DNA from: Actinomycetes bacterium
GTDB taxonomy: Bacteria > Actinomycetota > Acidimicrobiia > Acidimicrobiales > Poriferisodalaceae
Assembly: GCA_024228575.1 (NCBI GenBank)
Contig: JAAETH010000310.1
Location: 1-44,152, forward strand
Length of the DNA: 44,152 nt
Reading direction: 5' to 3'
Shown piece by piece: positions 33,044 through 42,617 of this stretch. The notes under the pieces are model-generated. The model was not told the origin of the DNA. It saw only the letters and a program-made list of their open reading frames with translations, and did not search any database. A program made the position numbers and the translations under genes. Position 1 is the stretch's first letter, and each line of letters opens with the position of its first letter.

Positions 33044-34819
33044 CTACGAACCCGCCGCCAACACCGACTCGGGGATCGAGGCAACCCGGGCCCTGAGCCA
33101 CTCGCCCAAGGCCTTTGCCTGGCTGTCCTGGCGACTCGATGCAGCGACACCTTCTTCGAGTAGGCCGTGGATGACGAAGTTCAGGGACCGGATCTTGGGG
33201 AACCGGTGACGCTCGATGTCCATATCGCCGGCCTCGGGCAGCAACCTTCTGAGCTCGTCGGTGGTCATTGTGTTGTCGAGCCAGGCCCATGCCTCGTCGG
33301 TTCGGGCGAAGAGCCCGAGGTTGGCATCGCCACCCTTGTCGCCGGAGCGAGCTCCGATGATCGATCCGATGGGAACATCAACAGCGGGACCCTGTGGAAG
33401 CGGGGCAGGGCTGGCCACAGCGACGTCGATCGCGTCGGCGCTCGGAGCGACCGAGTCGATCATGTTTGTTGTACCACCCATGATGTGGGAGTACTGGGGC
33501 ACCAGTTCGGACTCGACCAGGGCAGGGCGGTAGACCCCGAAAGGCCTGCCCGCCGTGGGCCCACCTCCAAGGCCGTGGAAGCCGGGAATCGAGGCGAGTG
33601 CTGTGTGGATCAGGGCGTCGCTGAAGGCCCGTCCGACCTTTCGTTCGTCGGGGTCCTTTACGGTGACACGCCAGATGCCGGTGGCCTCTTCCTCGGTTCC
33701 GGGATCGGGTTTGTCGGTCCGTACGACGTTGCTGGTGATCGCCTCGAAATCGGAAGGTTCGTATGGGCATGCATCCCAGAACGCGGCCTGGGCAAACTCG
33801 GCCTTGGCCTCGACGTCGAGACCGGTGAGGGCGACCGTGAACGAGTTCCTGAAGCCGCCGAGTTCGTTCATGGCGACCTTCAGCGTGGACGGAGGTGCCT
33901 GGCCCTTGACCCCAGAGACGCGCACACGATCGCGACCCACATCCTCGAGTTCGATGGTGTCGAAACGGGTGGTGACGTCGGGACCCAGATACTCGGGTCC
34001 GCCGATCTCGTAGAGAAGCTGGGAGGTGATGGTGCCGACCGATACCTGGCCACCGGTGCCGTCGTGTTTGCCGATGACGCTCGATCCGTCAGAGGCGACA
34101 TCGGCCCAGGGGAAGCCGAACCGGGCTCCGCCAGGCTGGTCGATGCCAGGAATCTCGGTGAAGAACGAATAGTTGCCGCCCGTGGCCTGAGCCGAGCACT
34201 CGATCACGTGGCCCGCAACGACGGCACCGGCCAACTGGTCCCAGTCGTCGCGAGCCCAGCCGTGATGCCAGGCCGCCGGGCCGCAGACCACCGCTGCGTC
34301 GGTCACCCGTCCGGTGATGACGATGTCCGCACCGCGGGTGAGTGCATCCACGATGCCCCAACAACCGAGGTAGGCATTGGCGCTCAGATACTTGCCGGGA
34401 TCGCCGAGGGTCGTGTCGGCGAAGGGCTGTAGATCGCCAGATGCTGCCAGGTCTGTGACCCGTGAAAGCAGGTTGTCTCCGTCTATGTAGGCCACGGTTG
34501 GTGACAGGCCGAGCTTGTCGGCAACTTCGGAGACCGCCTCGGCACAGCCATCGGGGTCGAGTCCTCCCGCGTTCGAGACGACCTTGATGCCCCTGTCGAG
34601 GCAGGTGCCCATCACCTCTTCCATCTGGGTCACGAAGGTTCGGGCGTATCCGGCCCCGGGACGTTTGGCTCTGATGCGGCTGAGGATGAGCATCGTCAAC
34701 TCTGCGAGCCAGTCGCCGGTGAGAACGTCGATTGGTCCTCCTTCGACCATTTCTCGAGCTGCGCTCGGGCGGTCTCCAAAGAATCCGGAGCAGTTGGCAA
34801 TCCTGATCGGTTCGGTCAC
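33044..34819 (-). CDS. AtuA-family protein (acyclic terpene utilisation, DUF1446)
   Basis: 591 aa. N-terminus 'IRIANCSGFFGDR' and overall length are typical of the AtuA family. Confidence 0.75.
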   Translation of the reverse strand: MTEPIRIANCSGFFGDRPSAAREMVEGGPIDVLTGDWLAELTMLILSRIRAKRPGAGYARTFVTQMEEVMGTCLDRGIKVVSNAGGLDPDGCAEAVSEVADKLGLSPTVAYIDGDNLLSRVTDLAASGDLQPFADTTLGDPGKYLSANAYLGCWGIVDALTRGADIVITGRVTDAAVVCGPAAWHHGWARDDWDQLAGAVVAGHVIECSAQATGGNYSFFTEIPGIDQPGGARFGFPWADVASDGSSVIGKHDGTGGQVSVGTITSQLLYEIGGPEYLGPDVTTRFDTIELEDVGRDRVRVSGVKGQAPPSTLKVAMNELGGFRNSFTVALTGLDVEAKAEFAQAAFWDACPYEPSDFEAITSNVVRTDKPDPGTEEEATGIWRVTVKDPDERKVGRAFSDALIHTALASIPGFHGLGGGPTAGRPFGVYRPALVESELVPQYSHIMGGTTNMIDSVAPSADAIDVAVASPAPLPQGPAVDVPIGSIIGARSGDKGGDANLGLFARTDEAWAWLDNTMTTDELRRLLPEAGDMDIERHRFPKIRSLNFVIHGLLEEGVAASSRQDSQAKALGEWLRARVASIPESVLAAGS

Positions 34820-34904
34820 GGCACCAGCTTCTCAACAACGAGGCCCGACGTCCAAAGGGAGTGTCAGTTGGTCCGAGGCGTCAACCACTCCTACGATCCA
34901 ACCC

Positions 34905-35681
34905 ATGGACGTAACGACCGTGCTTCAGGACCTCCTCGACGAGCAACAGGTGCTCGACGACATCATGGCCCCCCTCGCCGACACAGACTGGGCGAAGCAG
35001 TCCCCCAGCCCTGGTTGGACGGTCGGCGACCAGATCGGTCATCTGACCTATTTCGACGCTACGGCCGCTCAGGCGATCACCGATCCCGATGCCTTCAAGG
35101 ACTCGGTGGCCGCCTTGTTTGGCCAGGAGATCGACGTCGACGAGCTGACGCTTGGCGCGTATCGGGCGATGAGTCCGTCGGAACTGCTCGAAGCGTGGCG
35201 GGCGAATCGTCGCTTGTTGGCCAGTGCCGGCGCCACACTCGAGAACGACACGCGAGTGCCGTGGTATGGACCCTCGATGGGGGCAAAGTCGTTTCTGACC
35301 GCGCGCCTGATGGAGGCTTGGGCTCACGGGCAGGACATTGTCGACACCATCGGTGTCGAGCGGTCCGGCTCGGACCGTTTGCGCCATGTGGCTCAGATCG
35401 GATTCATCACGCGCGGGTGGTCCTACATCAACAGGGGAGAAACCCCGCCGGACGAGCCCGTCAGGGCCGAGTTGGTGGCGGCTTCTGGCGAGACGTGGAC
35501 TCTCGGGCCCGAGGATGCCACCGAGTCGGTGGTCGGGACCGCTCTCGACTTCTGCCTCGTCGTGACCCAGCGACGTCACCTCGACGACACAGATCTCGTG
35601 ACGAGCCCGGTCGCTCGCGATTGGCTGGTTCGGGCGCAGGCATTCGCCGGTCCGCCCACGGAACGGCCCGCTTCCGCGTGA
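34905..35681 (+). CDS. Mycothiol-dependent maleylpyruvate isomerase-like / DinB_2 superfamily protein (TIGR03084-like)
   Basis: 258 aa. N-terminus 'LLDEQQVLDDIMAPLADTDWAKQSPSPGWTVGDQIGHL' has the TIGR03083/03084 pattern with a conserved His. Start at the ATG at 34905. The track ORF from 34515 is antisense overlap with atuA-like. Confidence 0.65.
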   Translation: MDVTTVLQDLLDEQQVLDDIMAPLADTDWAKQSPSPGWTVGDQIGHLTYFDATAAQAITDPDAFKDSVAALFGQEIDVDELTLGAYRAMSPSELLEAWRANRRLLASAGATLENDTRVPWYGPSMGAKSFLTARLMEAWAHGQDIVDTIGVERSGSDRLRHVAQIGFITRGWSYINRGETPPDEPVRAELVAASGETWTLGPEDATESVVGTALDFCLVVTQRRHLDDTDLVTSPVARDWLVRAQAFAGPPTERPASA

Positions 35682-35768
35682 CGGCGTGATTCTCGGGATC
35701 CGTGTCCGCCAGAAGCCCCGAACCCGAGGTGGGTCCAGACCCGAGCCGGCCCTGGCGTAACCACAGCC

Positions 35769-36323
35769 GTGGACGGATCAGCTCGTAGGACAGCGGTCAT
35801 CCTGTCCTCGAGTGCCGGGGTGGCGCACGTGATCTACAACTGCCTCACCGGTGTGGCAGCGCTCATGTTGCTGATCCCGTATGTGGAGGTCGCGGAACAC
35901 ATCAACCCCAGTGCGGCCTCGACCCAATCCGAGAGAGTTCGCACCGAGCGGCTCCTCGATCGGATCGACCGACCTCGACAACTGCGTGCGCCCGCGAACG
36001 ATCCGGCTCTCACCGATGCATCTCGCATAATCACGGGACTGGTCGAGCGGTTCGGGAACTGGCTGAACCGGACCGACGACCTCTCGCCCGAAGATGTTGA
36101 GTTCATCGCTCGTGCGCTCGACACCCATCGGCGTCGGTTCAGATCGACTCAGATTGCAGAGGCGGTCGGGGGTCTGTTGTCCGCCGAGGAGATCGATACC
36201 CGGCTGGACACCATGCGATGGTTGGCGCGCGTCGCCGCTCACGTATGGCGTGTGACCACATACCTGTCGCCGGCGGCGCCGGTCGATGTCGCCCTGACGC
36301 AGCGTCTCGAGACCGGCGACTAG
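35769..36323 (+). CDS. Hypothetical protein
   Basis: 184-aa ORF between co-directional genes. N-terminal hydrophobic segment, no recognisable family. Coding status uncertain. Confidence 0.35.
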   Translation: MDGSARRTAVILSSSAGVAHVIYNCLTGVAALMLLIPYVEVAEHINPSAASTQSERVRTERLLDRIDRPRQLRAPANDPALTDASRIITGLVERFGNWLNRTDDLSPEDVEFIARALDTHRRRFRSTQIAEAVGGLLSAEEIDTRLDTMRWLARVAAHVWRVTTYLSPAAPVDVALTQRLETGD

Positions 36324-36389
36324 ATCGCTGGTTCGCAGCGGTGTTGGTCGTTTCAGTACTGGCTGTGCGTAGGCACAACTCGGTCCGGA

Positions 36390-37304
36390 TCAGGTTCGTT
36401 GGTAGCGGCCCGGCTCGACTTCTGAGATCTCGCCGCGGTCGAGCATGCGGGCGAGGTGAAGTTCGGCCGTGCGCTGTTCTACCTTTTCGGCGAACGACAA
36501 GATGACGTTGGGCCGGTACACGAAACGGCGAGCCACCATGTCTGCCAACGATCTCGGTTCGGTCATGAACTCGAGCATCTCGCCGTTGCGTCGCCCGATG
36601 ACCGAGTGGAACTGATCGATCATCTCCGTGAAGGCAGCGCGTCCCTCGATGATGCCCTTGTGGTGGAAGGTGACGTACCACTCGGCTTCGACCTCTCGGG
36701 CCTTGTGCAGGCTGTCCTCGAACTGCTCGAGACTCGACCAGGCATCGCCGTAGTAGGGGCCAAACCCGGTCAGGTCGATATCGCTGAGGAAGAAGACCCC
36801 TCCATCGATGAGGAAGCCACTGTGCCCCCTGGTGTGTCCGGGCAGGTGCATCGCTTCGACGGATACCTCGCCGAGGTCGAACACGTGGCCATCGCCGAAT
36901 CCTGTGGCGTCGGGCCGGGGTGTGAAGTGATACTCCTCGACGAACTGAACAGCCTGCTCGGAGCGAGTCTCTTCGCCGAATCCGAAGACATCGAGAATTC
37001 CATCGAGACTCTGCACACCCGGAAGGTCATCGTGGTGGGCGTGAACCCTTGCCTGGGCAAACATGCCGTTTCCTGCCACATGGTCCTCGTGGGCATGGGA
37101 GTTGACGACCACATCGACGGTGATCGGTGCCCCTCCGCGCTCGACAACCGTCACCGAGGGGTCGACGATCATCGATTCGGCCGAGCCACGAACGACGATC
37201 GAGTTGCCGCTCGGGTACTTGCCCTTGTCGGTTCCGACCAGAACGCTGACACGATCGGTGAGCTTCAGCTCATGGTCGTTCCAGTCACCGATGGGGGTGC
37301 TCAT
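36390..37304 (-). CDS. MBL-fold metallo-hydrolase
   Basis: 'VVNSHAHEDHVAGNGMF' (HxHxDH) and downstream His/Asp ligands. The start ATG overlaps the stop of the upstream GATase1 gene (ATGA). Confidence 0.8.
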   Translation of the reverse strand: MSTPIGDWNDHELKLTDRVSVLVGTDKGKYPSGNSIVVRGSAESMIVDPSVTVVERGGAPITVDVVVNSHAHEDHVAGNGMFAQARVHAHHDDLPGVQSLDGILDVFGFGEETRSEQAVQFVEEYHFTPRPDATGFGDGHVFDLGEVSVEAMHLPGHTRGHSGFLIDGGVFFLSDIDLTGFGPYYGDAWSSLEQFEDSLHKAREVEAEWYVTFHHKGIIEGRAAFTEMIDQFHSVIGRRNGEMLEFMTEPRSLADMVARRFVYRPNVILSFAEKVEQRTAELHLARMLDRGEISEVEPGRYQRT

Positions 37305-38008
37305 GATCCGGCACCAGCGCGCTCGACGAGCCATACGAAACATGGGTCGGTGGCCCGGGATCTCATCATCTCGGGATGCCACTGAACCGCGAGTACGCCG
37401 TCGCCTCCTTCGAGGACCTCGACCTCGCCGTCGGTGCTCCTGCCTGTGATCGTCAGACCCTCTCCGAGATCAGCGACCGTCTGATGATGGAGACTGTTGA
37501 CCTCGACGCTGGCGCCGTAGATCTGATGCGCCCTGCTGCCGGGTTCGATCTGGACCTGATGCACCGGCTCGTATGGGGATGTGTCGAACCGGCTGTGCGC
37601 AGGCACGTGTTGCTCGAGCGTTCCACCATGGCAGACGTTGATGACCTGAAGACCTCTGCAGATGCCCAGAACCGGCGTTCCTCTCGCGACCGCTGCGTGG
37701 TAGAGGGCGATCTCGAGAGCGTCCCGTTCGTCTTCGACCGCCGCGAGATCCGGATCGGGTTCGGCGCCGTAACGCGCAGGGTCGATATCGGCGCCACCGG
37801 TCAACAACACACCATCGAGGTGTTCGATGATCGATTCCGGGTCGACATCCATCGGGATGTGCACCGGCAGACCGCCTGCCTCGATGAGGCCACGGGTGTA
37901 GTCGGCCAGGTACATATCGATTTCGAGATTCTCGAGGGTTCCTTCGAACCCGTCGACCTGTCGGCCGACCTTGCGGCGCCCCGGTAATCCGATCAATGGG
38001 TGAGTCAC
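37301..38008 (-). CDS. Class I glutamine amidotransferase-like hydrolase (peptidase C26 / gamma-glutamyl-GABA hydrolase PuuD-like)
   Basis: 235 aa. 'PVLGICRGLQVINV' nucleophile-Cys elbow. 'LAVQWHPE' His/Glu motif. Confidence 0.85.
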   Translation of the reverse strand: MTHPLIGLPGRRKVGRQVDGFEGTLENLEIDMYLADYTRGLIEAGGLPVHIPMDVDPESIIEHLDGVLLTGGADIDPARYGAEPDPDLAAVEDERDALEIALYHAAVARGTPVLGICRGLQVINVCHGGTLEQHVPAHSRFDTSPYEPVHQVQIEPGSRAHQIYGASVEVNSLHHQTVADLGEGLTITGRSTDGEVEVLEGGDGVLAVQWHPEMMRSRATDPCFVWLVERAGAGS

Positions 38009-38075
38009 GACGAGCGCTTTCCTCGGGGGCAGAGTCCGTCAGAGGTTACTGCGAGCGGCCATGGCTGGCGCCCGT

Positions 38076-38813
38076 TCAGGAAGCCGAGCCCGAGAATGCG
38101 ACCTCGTCCAGGAACCAGTCGACCAGGGCGTGGCATTGGGCTCTGTTGCGGCCTTCGTGTTCGGCCATCTCGGCCTTCATGACGTGTCGGTCGACACCGT
38201 GGTCGTCGAGGTACTCGTCCAGAGCCATCTCGAGGAATCCGTCCATATGTGCACAGTCGACCTCGGGATGGAACTGGGTGCCGACGGTGCGGCCGAGCCG
38301 CATCAGTTGTACGGCGTTCTCGTTGACCGCCAGCACGTCTGCGCCGGGGGGCGGAACGAATCGATCGTGGTGCCACTCGAACCACGGCCCGGGGCCAACC
38401 GGGTTCTCGGCACCTTCGGGTGCCGCAATCTTGTACCACCCGATTTCGGTGACCGGCGCCTTCTCGACACTGCCTCCGAGCGCCTCGGCGATGATCTGCC
38501 CGCCGAAACACACACCGAGGACCGGCATGCCATCGGTGTGTGCCATCCGGACCATTTCGAGTTCGTCGTGGATCCACGAATCGATCTCTTCGGTGTTGGT
38601 GAGGGAGCGCACCGACCCCATGACGATGAGCATGTCGTAGCCCACCAATTCAGGAAACGGTGTGGCCACGTTTGGTTGGCCGTGGTCGGCTGTCACGAGA
38701 TGTGTGGTGACTTCCCACCCGCGCATGAGCAGCCTGACCTCGATCTGGCAAGCAGGTCCCTCGAGCTCGTGGGCGAGCACGAGGGCCCGTTTGTGGTCAC
38801 GTTCCGACAACAT
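38076..38813 (-). CDS. Type 1 glutamine amidotransferase domain protein (GMP-synthase-like standalone GATase1)
   Basis: 'PVLGVCFGGQIIAEALGG' Cys elbow and 'GTQFHPE' motif. Start chosen at internal M (MLSERD...). Confidence 0.75.
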   Translation of the reverse strand: MLSERDHKRALVLAHELEGPACQIEVRLLMRGWEVTTHLVTADHGQPNVATPFPELVGYDMLIVMGSVRSLTNTEEIDSWIHDELEMVRMAHTDGMPVLGVCFGGQIIAEALGGSVEKAPVTEIGWYKIAAPEGAENPVGPGPWFEWHHDRFVPPPGADVLAVNENAVQLMRLGRTVGTQFHPEVDCAHMDGFLEMALDEYLDDHGVDRHVMKAEMAEHEGRNRAQCHALVDWFLDEVAFSGSAS

Positions 38814-38958
38814 CGGCGGGACGATAGCGGACCCGGTGATCCCCAGCGGGGAAGCTGACCGGAATAGGCAAACACGAGGAACACTTCTGTGTTGGTATGG
38901 CCGAACACCTTCCTGCACGTCCACTAGAAATGCAGCACACCTTCAGGGGGAATGCCGA

Positions 38959-40239
38959 GTGACTTCGAAGCTGGGACCTTTCACCGACAGCGCCTCCCAT
39001 GACGAGGCCCTCTCGCTCGACGCAACGGCTGCGATGGGGCAGTGGCGAGACCAATTCGTCGAGTCCGATCCAGACCTCGTGTACCTGTTGGGCAATTCGC
39101 TCGGTCGGCTGCCGGCGGCAGCGGTCGATCTCGTCGGCCACGTTGTCGATGTCGAGTGGGGCGATCGATTGATCCGCTCGTGGAACGAAGGATGGTGGGA
39201 TCGACACGTCGAACTGGGTGACTCGGTCGCGTCGATCATCGGGGCGGAGCCGGGCGAGGTCGCGATCTCCGACAGCACATCGGTGAACCTGCACAAGCTC
39301 GCACTGGCAGCGGTCAGGGCCAGGCCCGGACGGACCAAGATCGTCACCGAAGACCTCAACTTCCCGAGCGACTACTACGTTCTCGACTCTGTTGCCGAAC
39401 TTGTAGGGGGCCGGGTCGAGATGGTCACCTCGGATGGGATCCACGGTCCTGTCGACGAATTGATCGCGGCCATCGACGAGGACACGGCATTGGTTTCGTT
39501 GTCCCACACGGTCTTCAAGTCCGGGTACACGTACGATCTTGGCGCCCTGACCTCCGAGGCACACGCTGCCGGTGCGTTGGTGTTGTGGGACATGAGCCAC
39601 TCGGCAGGCGTGATCGCCGATGGTGTCGGTCGTGCAGGGGTTGATCTGGCGGTTGGTTGTACCTACAAGTACCTGAACGGCGGACCCGGCTCGCCAGCTT
39701 TCGTGTACGTGAGATCCGACCTCCAGAGCATGCTTCACAACCCGGTTCGCGGCTGGTGGGGACACGACGATCCCTTCGCCTTCGAGTCCGCTTACCGGCC
39801 GGTCGATGGCATTCGTGCCTTCCATGCGGGCACCATGCCGATCCTGTCGTTGTCCGCGGCGCGCCCCGGCATCGAGATGATCGCCGACGTGGGTGTGGGT
39901 CGGTTGCGCGACGTATCGGTGTCGTTGCTCGCATTCGCCGAGCGGCTCTTTGATGACGAGCTCGCAGATCTTGGGTTCAGGTGGAACACTCCCCGAGATC
40001 CGGCCCGCCGCGGTTCACACGTATCGCTCGCCCACAACAACGCTTGGCAGATTGCCCAAGCTCTGGAGGGTGAGGCCAAGGTCCTCCTTGATTTTCGTGC
40101 ACCGGACAACATCCGTCTCGGATTTGCCCCGTTGTACACACGTCATGTCGATGTGCACACGTCGATGATGCGCATCCGGCACGTGGTCGAGTCGGAGGTG
40201 TGGCGCAAGTATCCCGCCACGATCGCGGGCGTCACCTGA
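38959..40239 (+). CDS. kynU: Kynureninase (PLP-dependent)
   Basis: 426 aa from GTG at 38959 (GGGGGA upstream). KynU blocks 'YLLGNSLG' and 'DLAVGCTYKYLNGGPGSPAFVYV' (the PLP-lysine region), plus 'FRAPDNIRLGFAPLYT' at the C-terminus. The track ORF from 38662 is an upstream extension overlapping the divergent gene. Confidence 0.85.
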   Translation: MTSKLGPFTDSASHDEALSLDATAAMGQWRDQFVESDPDLVYLLGNSLGRLPAAAVDLVGHVVDVEWGDRLIRSWNEGWWDRHVELGDSVASIIGAEPGEVAISDSTSVNLHKLALAAVRARPGRTKIVTEDLNFPSDYYVLDSVAELVGGRVEMVTSDGIHGPVDELIAAIDEDTALVSLSHTVFKSGYTYDLGALTSEAHAAGALVLWDMSHSAGVIADGVGRAGVDLAVGCTYKYLNGGPGSPAFVYVRSDLQSMLHNPVRGWWGHDDPFAFESAYRPVDGIRAFHAGTMPILSLSAARPGIEMIADVGVGRLRDVSVSLLAFAERLFDDELADLGFRWNTPRDPARRGSHVSLAHNNAWQIAQALEGEAKVLLDFRAPDNIRLGFAPLYTRHVDVHTSMMRIRHVVESEVWRKYPATIAGVT

Positions 40240-40254
40240 ACGCCGGGCGCTAAC

Positions 40255-41691
40255 TTGGCGGCGATGCCCGATCAGCCCGTGGACGCGATATTTCTGGATC
40301 GGCTGTGTTCGGTCGTCGGCGAGAACGGTGTGTTGACAGGTGCCGACAGCGAGCCGTTCCTGAACGATCACCGTCGGGTCTATTCCTGTGGCCGGGCTCC
40401 GGTTGTGAGGCCCCGTTCGGTCGATCAGGTTGCCGAGGTTGTCCGTATCTGTGCCGACAGCGGGGTGGTGATCGTTCCCCAAGGGGGGAACACGGGCCTG
40501 TCGGGTGGTGCGGTCGTCGAACCGGATCGAACCTCGGTCGTCTTGTCGACGACCCTGCTGAACAAGATCGAGGCTCTCGACGACGAGAGAGCGACCATGA
40601 CCGTCCAGGCAGGGGTCACGGTAGAGGCGATTCAGAACGCAGCGGCGACCCGCGGGCTGCAGTTTGCCCCCGACTGGGGAGCGCGAGGCACGGCTACCAT
40701 CGGCGGAGGAATCGCCACGAACGCCGGCGGAAACAACGTGGTCAGATACGGAGGTATGCGGTCGCACATCCTCGGGCTCGAAGTCGTGCTTGCCGATGGT
40801 CGTGTGTTGAACATGTTGCGTTCTCTTCGCAAGGACTCGTCCGGATACGACCTGAAGCAGCTGCTCATCGGTTCGGAGGGCACTCTGGGAGTCGTCACCC
40901 GCGCTGTTGTTTCACTGGTCGCCGCCACCCCACATTCCCAATCGGCGTTTGCAGCTGTGGCCGATCTGGACCGTCTGGCCGATCTGACGACCCTGATCCG
41001 GCGCAGCGCAGGGGCCGAGTTGACCGCCTTTGAACTGGTTCCCGACATCGGTGTCGATCTGGTGTGCGAACACTACGGGGTCGCCCGCCCGATCGAGACG
41101 CGCTCCGAGTTCTACGTCCTCATCAAGCTCGCCGGGGTGAAACCGGTCTTCGATGCCCTGGTCGACCTGCTCGCCGAAGCTGTCGAGGATGGGTTGCTGC
41201 TGGATGCCGTGGTGGCCGAGTCGACATCACAGAACGAGGCCCTGTGGTTCATCCGTGACGAACTACCACCGGAGCGCTACTACGAGTACCAAGCGCTGGC
41301 GCTGAAGCTCGACACTGCGATTCCGACCGACCACATCCGAGAGTTTCTAGTGATCACCCAAGAGATCACCACAGAAGTGTCTCCGGGAGCTGTCTGTTAT
41401 GGGTTCGGCCATGTTGGAGATGGAAACATCCATATGCGGATTCTTCCCATCGTCGACGACGACGTGGAACACTTCGTTTCGGCTCGTCCGGAACTGGTGG
41501 CGCGAATCGATGCCGCGACGTGGGACCTCGGTGGGACACTCAGCGCCGAGCACGGTATCGGTATCGAACTCGTCGATCGCATCGAGGAGCAGAAGAGCGC
41601 TGTCGAGTGGGATCTCATGCGATCGGTGAAAGCAGCGCTCGACCCGGCCGGGCTGATGAACCCGGGCAAGGTTCTGCCCCCACACTTGTGA
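40255..41691 (+). CDS. FAD-binding oxidoreductase (FAD-linked oxidase, GlcD/D-lactate dehydrogenase-like)
   Basis: 478 aa. The FAD-binding PCMH domain block 'VVIVPQGGNTGLSGGAV' lies in the N-terminal half. C-terminal FAD-oxidase_C domain. Confidence 0.85.
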   Translation: MAAMPDQPVDAIFLDRLCSVVGENGVLTGADSEPFLNDHRRVYSCGRAPVVRPRSVDQVAEVVRICADSGVVIVPQGGNTGLSGGAVVEPDRTSVVLSTTLLNKIEALDDERATMTVQAGVTVEAIQNAAATRGLQFAPDWGARGTATIGGGIATNAGGNNVVRYGGMRSHILGLEVVLADGRVLNMLRSLRKDSSGYDLKQLLIGSEGTLGVVTRAVVSLVAATPHSQSAFAAVADLDRLADLTTLIRRSAGAELTAFELVPDIGVDLVCEHYGVARPIETRSEFYVLIKLAGVKPVFDALVDLLAEAVEDGLLLDAVVAESTSQNEALWFIRDELPPERYYEYQALALKLDTAIPTDHIREFLVITQEITTEVSPGAVCYGFGHVGDGNIHMRILPIVDDDVEHFVSARPELVARIDAATWDLGGTLSAEHGIGIELVDRIEEQKSAVEWDLMRSVKAALDPAGLMNPGKVLPPHL

Positions 41692-41755
41692 GGTTGTCCC
41701 ACCCCCCGTCTAGTTTCGAACTCATCGCTCAACCCGAGTCCGAAAGGGGCAACAG

Positions 41756-42550
41756 ATGCCCGAGTTCACATCACACCCAGCGGGAACACCGTGTTGGGTC
41801 GACCTCATGAGTCCAGACGTCGACGCCTCCAAAATGTTCTACAGCGGCCTGTTCGGCTGGGATGCCGACGACCAGTACGACGACAACAACAACCGCGTGT
41901 ACGTCATGTTCAGCCTCGACGGCAAGGCCGTGGCCGGTCTCGGTGATCAGCCACCCGAGGTGGGTCCCATGCCAGCCGTCTGGAGCACCTACGTGGCCAC
42001 CGACGACTGCGACGCGACCGCTGCTGCGGTCGTGGCTGCGGGCGGATCGATCATGATGGCGCCGATGCAGGTCATGGCCGCAGGGCACATGGCCATCTTC
42101 GTCGATCCCACCGGGGCCGTCATCTCGGTGTGGAAGGCGGGCGAACACACCGGTGCCGAGATCTGCAACGAGCCCAACACATGGTCATGGAACGAGCTCA
42201 CCACAAGCGACGTCCAAGGTGCGAAGACCTTCTATTCGGCAGCTTTTGGATGGAGCTACGAGGAGATGGACATGGGCGAAGGGGGGACGTACAACGTCAT
42301 CGCGGGCGGCGACCACGGCGGCCTTGGAGGCATCATGGCGCGCATGCCCGAAATGCCTGCAGAGGTCCCCGACTGCTGGACGGTCTACTTCACCGTCTCC
42401 GACGCAGAGGCCACTCTGGCCAGGGTCGCGGAGTTGGGGGGCGCCATCGTGCAACCGGTGTTCCCCATCGAGGGGGTCGGGTTCGCTGCCATGGCGGCCG
42501 ATCCTCATGGTGGGGTCATAGGCCTGATGCAGCCGGCCGCGCCCCAATAG
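41756..42550 (+). CDS. Two-domain VOC (glyoxalase/bleomycin-resistance/dioxygenase) family protein
   Basis: 264 aa with an internal duplication ('PCWVDLMSPDVDASKMFYSGLFGW' and 'WSWNELTTSDVQGAKTFYSAAFGW'), typical of tandem VOC modules. Confidence 0.8.
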   Translation: MPEFTSHPAGTPCWVDLMSPDVDASKMFYSGLFGWDADDQYDDNNNRVYVMFSLDGKAVAGLGDQPPEVGPMPAVWSTYVATDDCDATAAAVVAAGGSIMMAPMQVMAAGHMAIFVDPTGAVISVWKAGEHTGAEICNEPNTWSWNELTTSDVQGAKTFYSAAFGWSYEEMDMGEGGTYNVIAGGDHGGLGGIMARMPEMPAEVPDCWTVYFTVSDAEATLARVAELGGAIVQPVFPIEGVGFAAMAADPHGGVIGLMQPAAPQ

Positions 42551-42617
42551 CGAGCTCGACGCCGGATCACGTTCGAACCCTGACTTCCGCTGGTTGTTCT
42601 GGCAATAACATCGCCTC

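Noticed and set aside
31775-34432. 357-aa (-) ORF over the MFS gene and 421-aa (+) ORF over the AtuA-like gene
   Set aside because: Alternate frame or antisense of genes with recognisable family features. Low-complexity products.
38797-39825. 342-aa minus-strand ORF
   Set aside because: Antisense to kynureninase, which has the PLP-lysine block.
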